Below, in pieces: positions 46,319 through 54,549 of a DNA stretch of 64,000 nt. The translations under genes were made by a program, and so were the position numbers. The DNA lies in the NCBI GenBank assembly GCA_964604155.1, contig CAZRXY010000120.1:85-64084 (forward strand), given 5' to 3'. This DNA comes from an uncultured Candidatus Cloacimonadota bacterium. Lineage in GTDB: Bacteria > Cloacimonadota > Cloacimonadia > Cloacimonadales > TCS61. A model generated the notes under the pieces. It searched no databases. It worked only from the letters and a program-made list of their open reading frames with translations, and had not been told where the DNA came from. Within the stretch, counting starts at the first letter, position 1. Each line of letters opens with the position of its first letter.

Positions 46319-46339
46319 GGAACCGGTTTTGCCGGTTCC
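46319..46339 (+). terminator. stem-loop after gdh (possible weak terminator or attenuator)
   Basis: GGAACCGG-ttttg-CCGGTTCC forms an 8-bp stem followed by only a weak T-rich tract. Confidence 0.35.
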
Positions 46340-46374
46340 ATTCATTGAAGAGAGCAGAACAGGAGTATGAGCAA

Positions 46375-48099
46375 ATGAATGATATCCCTCAGAGAAAATA
46401 CAGTCGTTTCGATGACAGTAAAACATTCGATTATATTGGCAATGGCGAATTGGGTGGTAAAGCAGCTGGATTAGTACAGATTCAGGAAATTTTTGAGGCA
46501 GAAATATTAGATAATGAATTTGAAAACCTCAATATCGCTATTCCCAAAATGACCGTTTTGCGAACTGATGTTTTTGATGAATTTATGAAGCAGAACGATC
46601 TGTATCCAATAGCTTTATCGGCTATAGATGATGTATTTATTGCTCAGGCTTTTCAAAAAGCCAGCTTACCACCAATTTTCCTGGGCGATCTTAGAAATCT
46701 CATCAGTAAGGCAGATACGCCTTTAGCTATTCGCTCTTCCAGCCTGCTGGAAGATTCTTCTGAAGAACCTTTTGCGGGAGTGTATGCCACAAAAATGCTG
46801 CCCAATAATCAACCTGATACTGAGAATCGCTTTAAAAAACTGATAGAAGCAATCAAATTTATCTATTCTTCACTTTTTTTTGCAGAATCCCGCGATTATT
46901 TTCAGGTGACAGGCAAGGATTTACGTGATGAAAAGATGGCTGTGATCATTCAGGATGTTGTAGGAAACCGCTATGGAGATCATTTTTACCCCCTTATTTC
47001 CGGTGTAGCCCGTTCCTATAACTATTACCCGGTGCAAAACTGCAAACGCGAAGACGGAGTGGTTAATCTGGCACTGGGATTAGGTAAAACCATCGTAGAT
47101 GGCGGCTCATCCTGGTTATACTGCCCGCTTATGCCACAATCTCCACCCCCTTATAACAATATAAAAGACCTGCTCGATAACAGCCAGCGAGACTTCTGGA
47201 CAGTTAAAATGGGTAGGATCAATGAATTTAACCCAATTTCAGAAGTAGAATTTATGGAAAAGCATGATCTGGATAAGGCGGAAGAGGACGGCGTACTCAA
47301 TCTCACCTGCTCAACCTATGATTATATGAACGACGTTCTGATAGCCGGAGTTCAAGGAGCAGGAGCTAGACTTCTAAATTTTGCCCCTGTCTTGAAATAT
47401 GAAAAAATATTCCTAAATAAAGCAATTCGCAAATTACTTGATATTTGCAGCAAACAATACTGCTCAGATGTGGAAATAGAATTTGCCGTGCGGAAAGATG
47501 ATACTTCTAACCAGTATAATCTGGGATTTTTACAAGTCCGAACTATGAAAGTGGCATCTGATGACGGAACAAGCGAAACCTTTGATTATCAGCAATCCGA
47601 CCTTCTGGCAGAAAGTCATTCTGTTCTGGGGAACGGTAAAAGAAATGATATCCTAGATATTGTTTATGTGAAGCCAGATACGTTTTCAGCTATAAACAGC
47701 CGCAATATTGCTCGAGAAATTGCTGCGGTAAACCGCGAACTTGCTGAGCAGAATAAGCCCTATTTATTGATCGGTTTTGGCAGGTGGGGTTCATCTGATC
47801 CCTGGCTTGGCATTCCGGTAACCTGGAGCATGATTTCAGCAGCCCGTACGATAATCGAAGCCACTCTACCACAGATGAAGCCAGACCTCAGCCAAGGTTC
47901 GCATTTTTTCCATAACCTTATTGCCTTTGGCATTTTTTATCTCTCTATCGAAGAAGAAAAAAAGAAAACTATTGACTGGAATTGGCTGGATAGGCAGGAG
48001 ATAATTCACGATGGTGAGTTTGTGAGACATGTGAGATGCTCAAAAAATATCAGCATCATAGTAGATTGTGTAAAAAATCGGGGAGTGATAGTTAAATGA
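46375..48099 (+). CDS. PPDK_N-type (PEP/pyruvate-binding, ATP-grasp) domain protein, no swivel-His domain recognised
   Basis: GGKAAGL, LAIRSSSLLEDSSEEPFAGVY, MAVIIQDVVG, and a C-terminal block GFGRWGSSDPWLG..SQGSHFFHNL. Start at the ATG at 46375. Confidence 0.8.
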   Translation: MNDIPQRKYSRFDDSKTFDYIGNGELGGKAAGLVQIQEIFEAEILDNEFENLNIAIPKMTVLRTDVFDEFMKQNDLYPIALSAIDDVFIAQAFQKASLPPIFLGDLRNLISKADTPLAIRSSSLLEDSSEEPFAGVYATKMLPNNQPDTENRFKKLIEAIKFIYSSLFFAESRDYFQVTGKDLRDEKMAVIIQDVVGNRYGDHFYPLISGVARSYNYYPVQNCKREDGVVNLALGLGKTIVDGGSSWLYCPLMPQSPPPYNNIKDLLDNSQRDFWTVKMGRINEFNPISEVEFMEKHDLDKAEEDGVLNLTCSTYDYMNDVLIAGVQGAGARLLNFAPVLKYEKIFLNKAIRKLLDICSKQYCSDVEIEFAVRKDDTSNQYNLGFLQVRTMKVASDDGTSETFDYQQSDLLAESHSVLGNGKRNDILDIVYVKPDTFSAINSRNIAREIAAVNRELAEQNKPYLLIGFGRWGSSDPWLGIPVTWSMISAARTIIEATLPQMKPDLSQGSHFFHNLIAFGIFYLSIEEEKKKTIDWNWLDRQEIIHDGEFVRHVRCSKNISIIVDCVKNRGVIVK

Positions 48100-51000
48100 C
48101 AGATGAACTTCATATTAAGAATATTCTGAAGAGTCTTAATGAGCGGAAAAAGGAACTGAATTGTATCTACCGCATCGGCGAGATACTCAATGATATTGAG
48201 CAGCCACTCGAAGAAGCGATGAGCCGCATTATAGAGGTAATTCCGCTTGGCTGGCAATATAGCGAAATCTGCACTGTACAGATTGTATATGATGGCCAGA
48301 TTTTCCAGACTGACGGGCACAAGATCAGTGCCTACAAACAAGAAAGCCCAGTAATCATAGATACTAAAGAAGTGGGCAGCTTAAAAATTTTTTATGACCA
48401 AAAAAAAAATATCTATGAGTTCCTCACTGAAGAGCAACAATTATTAAATACTATTGCCGAGAAAATCAGCATATTTCTGCATCGCAGACAATTGAAAAAT
48501 TCATTGGCAGAAATGAAACGGGCTACAATAAATCAGCATCAGAGACCTGAATGGAAAACTATTACCGAGTTGCTCAGGCGTACTGATGCCGATAACTATC
48601 TGAGAATAGCCAGAAAATTAATGAACTATCTATTCTGGATCGGCAGAACAGAATCTATGGTAATTGAAAACTCGGTAGAAAAAGCTCCAGAAAATGTTGA
48701 ACCGGAATATCTGCTATTCACAAATAAACCCGTGAGCAGACAGGATAAGGACAGTCTTCTTGAACAGAGTCGGCAGATATTCATGCTTGCTGAAAATAAT
48801 CTCGATGATGATGAGATACTGCTTAATATTCAAAAATGGCTGCAGGAAGACAAGGTAAGCTTTCTTATTCTTATGTTAGAAGACCTTGCCACTTCACTCA
48901 GCGATATCCAAAGTGCTTTAGAAAGATATTTCTATCTCAGCCTCGATAAAATTGAATTATCTAATTTCACTAAAAAGAACCTCAGCGTTCTGCTTATCTT
49001 GAGATTCTTTACAGATCAATTGGAATTTATCAATATTGCTAAAAATTTTGTGGATATCAATTATTTCCGCGACCTCATCCAGCATATGATCTTTCCCAAT
49101 AACAGCCATGGTAAACTGGGCGGAAAGAGTGCCGGTATATTTCTGGCAAGAAGTATTACTTCTTCTCTCTTTGGCAATAAATTGCACGGCATCAATATCT
49201 CTTACCCCAAAACATGGTGCATCACTTCGGATACTATGCACCGTTTTTTGTATTATAATAATCTGGAAGAGATCATCGAACAGAAATACAAGGATATTGA
49301 ACAAATTCGTTCTGAATATTCTAATATAATACAGCTCTTTAAGAATTCACACTTCCCACCCGAAATCCTAAAAGACCTTTCACGTGCTATAGAGGATTTT
49401 AGCGAAAATCCCATTATTGTCCGCTCTTCAAGCCTGCTGGAAGACCGCGTTGGTGCAGTATTCTCTGGAAAGTATAAAAGCCTCTTCCTGGCAAATCAAG
49501 GCACAAAAGTGGAAAGAATTAGCGCTCTCGCAGACGCAGTGGCAGAGGTTTATGCCTCAGTCTTCTCGCCAGACCCCATTGAATACCGACGCGAAAGAGG
49601 ACTGCTGGATTTCCACGAAGAAATGGCGATTATCATTCAAGAAGTAGTTGGGAAAAAAGTAGGGCATTATTTCCTGCCCGCTTTTGCCGGCGTGGCTTTT
49701 AGCAATAATGAATTCCGCTGGTCTCCCCGCATTAAAAGAGATGACGGGCTCATCCGCATCGTCCCCGGATTGGGCACCAGAGCAGTCGACCGGCTTAGCG
49801 ATGATTATCCTGTGCTTATTGCACCCGGACAACCTGATCTGAGAGTCAATGTCTCTGCAGACGAAATTCTTCGCTATTCTCCACATAAAATTGATGTCAT
49901 AAATCTGGAAAAAAACACCTTTGAGACTATTGAGATAAAATCACTCCTCAAATTGTATGGCAGTGAATATCCCATGGCAGATAAGGTTCTCTCTTTCTAT
50001 CATGATCAATCTATCAGGAATCTAAATATCTTTCAGGTGGATTTTGAAACTGCTGATCCCGTGGTTACTTTCCACGGACTGTCTAATTCTTCACCAGAAG
50101 GTAATTATATCAGCCTGATTGGAGATATTCTCACGATCCTTAAACGAAAAACAAATGGTCCCGTTGATATCGAATTTGCCTGCGATGGCAAAGATTTTTA
50201 CCTTTTACAGTGCCGCGCTCAGAGCTCCGGCTCCGAAAAACAAGTGGTCGCTATCCCCAAAGATATTCCTAAAAAAGATATCCTCTTTAATGCCAATCGC
50301 TTCATTAGTAATGGATATCTTCCTGATATAACGCATATCGTCTATGTGAATCCCGAGGGCTACAGCAATCTTGAAAATCTGGACGATATGAAAAGCGTCG
50401 CCAGAGCCGTAGGCAAGCTTAATAAAACGCTGCCTAAAAGAAAATTTGTGCTAATGGGACCAGGTCGCTGGGGCTCACGTGGAGATATAAAACTCGGCGT
50501 AAACGTTACCTATTCAGATATTAATAATACTTCAATTTTAATAGAAATCGCCAGAAAAGAAGGGCATTTTACCTCAGACCTTTCCTTTGGCACACACTTC
50601 TTCCAAGACCTGGTGGAATCTGAAATCCTTTACCTGCCACTCTATCCTGACGATAAAGATATTATCTTTAATGAAAAATTTTTGCTGGGCTCAAATAATA
50701 TCCTCTCCGAAATTGCTCCCGAATTTGAATATCTCAAGGATACTGTACACGTTATCGACATTCAGGCAACTCGAAAAAACCAGACCCTCAAGATTCTTAT
50801 GAATGCCGATCTGGACGAAGCTTTAGCATATTTTTCTGCAAGTTCTAATTCTGATATTGTGCCGGCTAAACTCATTACAGCTTCCGAGCCAATTCAAGAA
50901 AATTACTGGCTCTGGAGAATGAGAATGGCAGAAAATATTTGCAGAAACATTGATCCTGAGCTATTCGGTATCAAAGCTATGTATATCTTTGGTTCTGTGA

Positions 51001-51272
51001 AAAATGCCAATGCCGGACCTGCCAGCGATATCGATCTGCTTATCCACTTTATCGGCAATAAACAGCAGAAGAATGAACTTCAAAACTGGCTGCAAGGCTG
51101 GAGCCTCTGCCTCTCGGAAATGAATTATCTCCGTACCGGATACAAAACCGACGGCTTGCTTGACGTACACTTTGTCACTGACCAGGATATAAAAGAACAA
51201 AATAGCTATGCTGCAAAAATTGATGCAGTCACGGACGCTGCCAAACCCCTGCCCCTGGGTTTTGCCAAATGA
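48096..51272 (+). CDS. three-part fusion: GAF-like sensor module, PPDK_N-type ATP-grasp domain and C-terminal Pol-beta-type nucleotidyltransferase
   Basis: ATGA overlap with the preceding gene. N-terminal ERKKELNCIYRIGEIL..IPLGWQYSE module. GGKSAGI, IVRSSSLLEDRVGAVFSG, MAIIIQEVVG and GPGRWGSRGD..SFGTHFFQDL. C-terminal IFGSVKNANAGPASDIDLLIHF. Confidence 0.8.
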   Translation: MTDELHIKNILKSLNERKKELNCIYRIGEILNDIEQPLEEAMSRIIEVIPLGWQYSEICTVQIVYDGQIFQTDGHKISAYKQESPVIIDTKEVGSLKIFYDQKKNIYEFLTEEQQLLNTIAEKISIFLHRRQLKNSLAEMKRATINQHQRPEWKTITELLRRTDADNYLRIARKLMNYLFWIGRTESMVIENSVEKAPENVEPEYLLFTNKPVSRQDKDSLLEQSRQIFMLAENNLDDDEILLNIQKWLQEDKVSFLILMLEDLATSLSDIQSALERYFYLSLDKIELSNFTKKNLSVLLILRFFTDQLEFINIAKNFVDINYFRDLIQHMIFPNNSHGKLGGKSAGIFLARSITSSLFGNKLHGINISYPKTWCITSDTMHRFLYYNNLEEIIEQKYKDIEQIRSEYSNIIQLFKNSHFPPEILKDLSRAIEDFSENPIIVRSSSLLEDRVGAVFSGKYKSLFLANQGTKVERISALADAVAEVYASVFSPDPIEYRRERGLLDFHEEMAIIIQEVVGKKVGHYFLPAFAGVAFSNNEFRWSPRIKRDDGLIRIVPGLGTRAVDRLSDDYPVLIAPGQPDLRVNVSADEILRYSPHKIDVINLEKNTFETIEIKSLLKLYGSEYPMADKVLSFYHDQSIRNLNIFQVDFETADPVVTFHGLSNSSPEGNYISLIGDILTILKRKTNGPVDIEFACDGKDFYLLQCRAQSSGSEKQVVAIPKDIPKKDILFNANRFISNGYLPDITHIVYVNPEGYSNLENLDDMKSVARAVGKLNKTLPKRKFVLMGPGRWGSRGDIKLGVNVTYSDINNTSILIEIARKEGHFTSDLSFGTHFFQDLVESEILYLPLYPDDKDIIFNEKFLLGSNNILSEIAPEFEYLKDTVHVIDIQATRKNQTLKILMNADLDEALAYFSASSNSDIVPAKLITASEPIQENYWLWRMRMAENICRNIDPELFGIKAMYIFGSVKNANAGPASDIDLLIHFIGNKQQKNELQNWLQGWSLCLSEMNYLRTGYKTDGLLDVHFVTDQDIKEQNSYAAKIDAVTDAAKPLPLGFAK

Positions 51273-51587
51273 ATAAAGAAAATCACCATAAAAAAAAAAT
51301 AATAACAGAATCTGATGAGAAAATCCAGGAACATCAGGATAAAAAACCTGTTCTAAAGGGATTATGCATTAATTGTGAGCACCGCTTCACCTGCACTCTC
51401 CCCAGACCCGAAACCGGTGTGTGGTATTGCGAAGAATATGAATAATCCCGCAACGCTGATACCGGAAAGCGATTAGCCCGGGTAAATTTTTATACCACCC
51501 TGAAAAGGGTAGTACCATGATAGCAATGGGCGAAACCCGCGGGAGAGTGACACGCACGTGTTTCAACCACTGATCTTGCTTCTACAT

Positions 51588-51683
51588 AAATCCCGGGATA
51601 TATCCCGATTAGGAGGGGGAAGAGGGCATCGCCAAACCCCAGGCTGAATGCACAGGGCTACTCATTTTCTTCTCACTCTTCAC
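51588..51683. repeat. dispersed intergenic repeat, copy A
   Basis: About 80 percent identical by hand alignment to 59382-59478. Shared blocks are cccgggata, atcccgattag, atcgccaa, gctgaa, gcacaggg and tactcattttctt. Confidence 0.7.
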
Positions 51684-51901
51684 AACACCCATCACATCTT
51701 TCAGTAAAAATTGCCTCTACGCCCTCCGCCTGTTATGTCGAACATTCTTCGTAGTATAGTGATCCAAAATCTATTCTTCTCTGATCCCATTATGAACTCC
51801 TTTCACTTTTTCTGAGTCCACTTTTTCAAGGACGCGGCACCGCACCTCGTCTCACTCTTCACTTCTCTCCCTCTACCTTCTCTGTGGTAAAAAAACAGAG
51901 A

Positions 51902-51935
51902 GTATGCCAGCCCCAAATCGAAATGAATTGACATT
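51902..51935 (+). promoter_or_regulatory. conserved upstream motif, copy 2
   Basis: gtatgccag plus the 23-nt block ccaaatcgaaatgaattgacatt, identical to copy 1. TTGACA lies 39 nt upstream of the ruvX ATG. Confidence 0.5.
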
Positions 51936-51971
51936 TTACCCTGTTTTGAAATTGTTCACTCAGGTAGGAAT

Positions 51972-52385
51972 ATGGATATATATCGTTTATTGGCAATAGA
52001 TTATGGTGAAAAGCGCATCGGGCTCGCTATCAGTGACCCCCTGCGGACTATAGGCAGACCCTATCAGGTGCTGTCTAACAAGCCGGGATTCTTCGCAGAT
52101 TTGCAGGCTATCATCACACAGGAAAACGTAGGTCGCCTGATTATTGGGCTCCCCCTAAATTTTTCTGGAAATGATACCCAAAAAACCAGAGAAGTCCGCA
52201 CCTTTGCCAATGAACTTTCCACTCACATAGATATCCCCTGGGAATTCGTTAATGAAAGCTTCACTACACAGGATGCCAATGAAGCCTTAAAATCAATGGG
52301 ATTGAATATCAAAGATAGTAAAAAGGTGATTGATAAAGTGGCAGCCGCTTTGATTTTGCAACATTATCTGGAAAATTGCTCATGA
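51972..52385 (+). CDS. ruvX: Holliday junction resolvase-like protein RuvX (YqgF)
   Basis: LAIDYGEKRIGLAISD and the LPLN..G pattern. Confidence 0.9.
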   Translation: MDIYRLLAIDYGEKRIGLAISDPLRTIGRPYQVLSNKPGFFADLQAIITQENVGRLIIGLPLNFSGNDTQKTREVRTFANELSTHIDIPWEFVNESFTTQDANEALKSMGLNIKDSKKVIDKVAAALILQHYLENCS

Positions 52386-53371
52386 AACTTTTTGGCATCA
52401 TTATCATATTTCTACTGATTATTACTTTGGCGTTATTCCTGGTGTATTATTTTGGCGATTACGAAGTGGAAGAGACCATAATCAATATCAATGAAGGCGC
52501 TTCTGCTCACCAGATTGCCAATTTGCTGCATGCAGATAATATCATTCGCAGCAGATTTCTTTTTAACCTCTATGTGCGAATCAATGATATCGATAAACAC
52601 CTTAGTTACGGAAAATACATCTTTAAAGGCAATGTTAATTTAAAAAAAATATCCGGTATCCTCACCTCTGCCCAAATTTATCTCCGCCCCATCACCATTC
52701 CGGAAGGACTTAGTCTCAAGAAAACCTGCCGGCTGCTATCTAATGCCAATTTTGGCTCTTATAAAGAATTCATCAGTCTCTGCCAGGATCCGCAATTCGC
52801 CTCCAATCTCGTAGGCTTTCCGGTTCGCTCGCTGGAAGGTTTTCTCTTTCCCGAAACCTACCGTATCTCCGAAGAAGCTTCCGAAGAATATATTATCAAG
52901 ATCATGGTTCGAGAATTTTTCAGACAGACTGCGGATTTGGATTATAGCCTGGGATCACTTGATAATTATTCTACCCTGATCCTGGCGTCAATTGTCGAGC
53001 GGGAAGCTCGCTTCCACTCTGAAATGCCAATTATCGCAGGAGTTTACCTCAACCGACTGGAAGATAAGCACAAGCTGCAGGCAGACCCCACAGTAGCATA
53101 TATTCTCGATGAAAGTGGCAAAAATAGATCTAAGATATATTATAAAGACCTTAGAATAGATTCCCCTTATAACACCTATAAATATACTGGCTTGCCTCCA
53201 GGGCCCATCTGCAGTCCCGGAATTGAAGCTATCAGAAGCGTTATTGATCCGCAAAGAACTGCTTACTACTTCTTCTTCGCCTCTTCCGGAGGAAGACATG
53301 AATTCTCCCGTACCTATCAGGAACACCTGAGAAAACAAAATGAAATGAAAAGAGAAAATGCTGACTCATAG
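52376..53371 (+). CDS. mltG: endolytic murein transglycosylase MltG (YceG-like)
   Basis: N-terminal TM segment, EGFLFPETY, LILASIVEREA, LQADPTVAY and SPYNTY..GLPPGPI. Confidence 0.9.
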   Translation: MLMKLFGIIIIFLLIITLALFLVYYFGDYEVEETIININEGASAHQIANLLHADNIIRSRFLFNLYVRINDIDKHLSYGKYIFKGNVNLKKISGILTSAQIYLRPITIPEGLSLKKTCRLLSNANFGSYKEFISLCQDPQFASNLVGFPVRSLEGFLFPETYRISEEASEEYIIKIMVREFFRQTADLDYSLGSLDNYSTLILASIVEREARFHSEMPIIAGVYLNRLEDKHKLQADPTVAYILDESGKNRSKIYYKDLRIDSPYNTYKYTGLPPGPICSPGIEAIRSVIDPQRTAYYFFFASSGGRHEFSRTYQEHLRKQNEMKRENADS

Positions 53372-54530
53372 CCATCTTATCAATCTGGCAATCATCCTGT
53401 TTTGCTCTGCTGTTATCAGAGCATTCTCCTCGAAACTAAAGACCCCCCCTGTTATAGGATTGCTGCTCTTGGGAGTAGCTCTTGGACCCACTTTACTCAA
53501 TTTTATTCCCTATAACGAGATCATCCACTGGATTGGGGAAGTGGGAGTATTGATCCTGCTTTTTCAGGCTGGTTTGGAAACAGATATCAAGCGGATACGT
53601 ATAGAATCAAAACAAGCTTTACCTCCGGCTATGGGAGGTATCATATTACCGCTTACTGCCGGGATATTGCTGATATTCTTAGATAAAGGAAGTATAAGCG
53701 AAGCTCTCGTAGTCGGCGTGATAATGACTGCCACCAGCGTAAGCGTTAGCGTGATGACCCTCTATGACCTGGGAAAAATGAAAAGCCTCGAAGGAAGATG
53801 CATCGTCAATTCCGCAATCATCGATGACGTGATAGGTATTCTTCTGCTCACCGTTATCTTTGCTGTTTTCTCCGGTGATGATGTTTCTCCCGGACAGCAA
53901 TTTTTGGCCTTTTTTAAGATAATTTTCTTCTTTCTGGCTATATTTATCTCTGGTAAATATCTTTTCCCCGCTTTCTTTAATAATCTTCAGAAATTAAGAC
54001 TGGATCAATCGGTCACAAAGCTGGCTATTATTATCATCTTTATCTTTGCCTGGCTGGCAGAAAGTGCCGAACTCGCTGCCATTACAGGTGCCTATTTTGC
54101 CGGATTATTTCTGGGGCAAACCCGCCAGCACCGGATTATTGGAAATAACCTCGATATCATTGGTAAAGCCCTATTTGTTGATGTGTTTTTCGTGGGTATT
54201 GGCTTGCAGTTTAATCTGCTGGATATCAACCTTAATCTCCTTTTCCTGCTTGCCTTTGTTCTTATATCTATCTTCAGTAAGCTGATCGGGGCAGGAATCG
54301 GTGCCAAATTCACTGGGCTGGACTACACCCGATCATTTCGTATTGGTTCCGGAATGATACCCCGCGGTGAAGTCGCACTGATCGTCGCTAATATGGCTGT
54401 GGCAAGACATCTTATCTCACCTGATATTTTATCTGCCACCATTATGATGGTTATCATTACAGCACTCACCACTCCATTCCTGCTTAAGCATGGATTCATT
54501 AAATTGCGGGGGAAAATCCTGAAGGACTAA
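53358..54530 (+). CDS. cation:proton antiporter (CPA2-like)
   Basis: A polytopic membrane protein with PPVIGLLLLGVALGP and the GLETD pattern. Confidence 0.85.
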   Translation: MLTHSHLINLAIILFCSAVIRAFSSKLKTPPVIGLLLLGVALGPTLLNFIPYNEIIHWIGEVGVLILLFQAGLETDIKRIRIESKQALPPAMGGIILPLTAGILLIFLDKGSISEALVVGVIMTATSVSVSVMTLYDLGKMKSLEGRCIVNSAIIDDVIGILLLTVIFAVFSGDDVSPGQQFLAFFKIIFFFLAIFISGKYLFPAFFNNLQKLRLDQSVTKLAIIIIFIFAWLAESAELAAITGAYFAGLFLGQTRQHRIIGNNLDIIGKALFVDVFFVGIGLQFNLLDINLNLLFLLAFVLISIFSKLIGAGIGAKFTGLDYTRSFRIGSGMIPRGEVALIVANMAVARHLISPDILSATIMMVIITALTTPFLLKHGFIKLRGKILKD

Positions 54531-54549
54531 ATTCACGGAGGTAAAAAAT

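Noticed and set aside
51269-51445. My first reading of a continuous 58-codon Cys-rich ORF coupled to the NTase fusion gene.
   Set aside because: Recounting the bases shows an in-frame TAA at 51302-51304 and another at 51353-51355. The continuous ORF needs two indels, so I report it only as a possible decayed or mis-sequenced gene.
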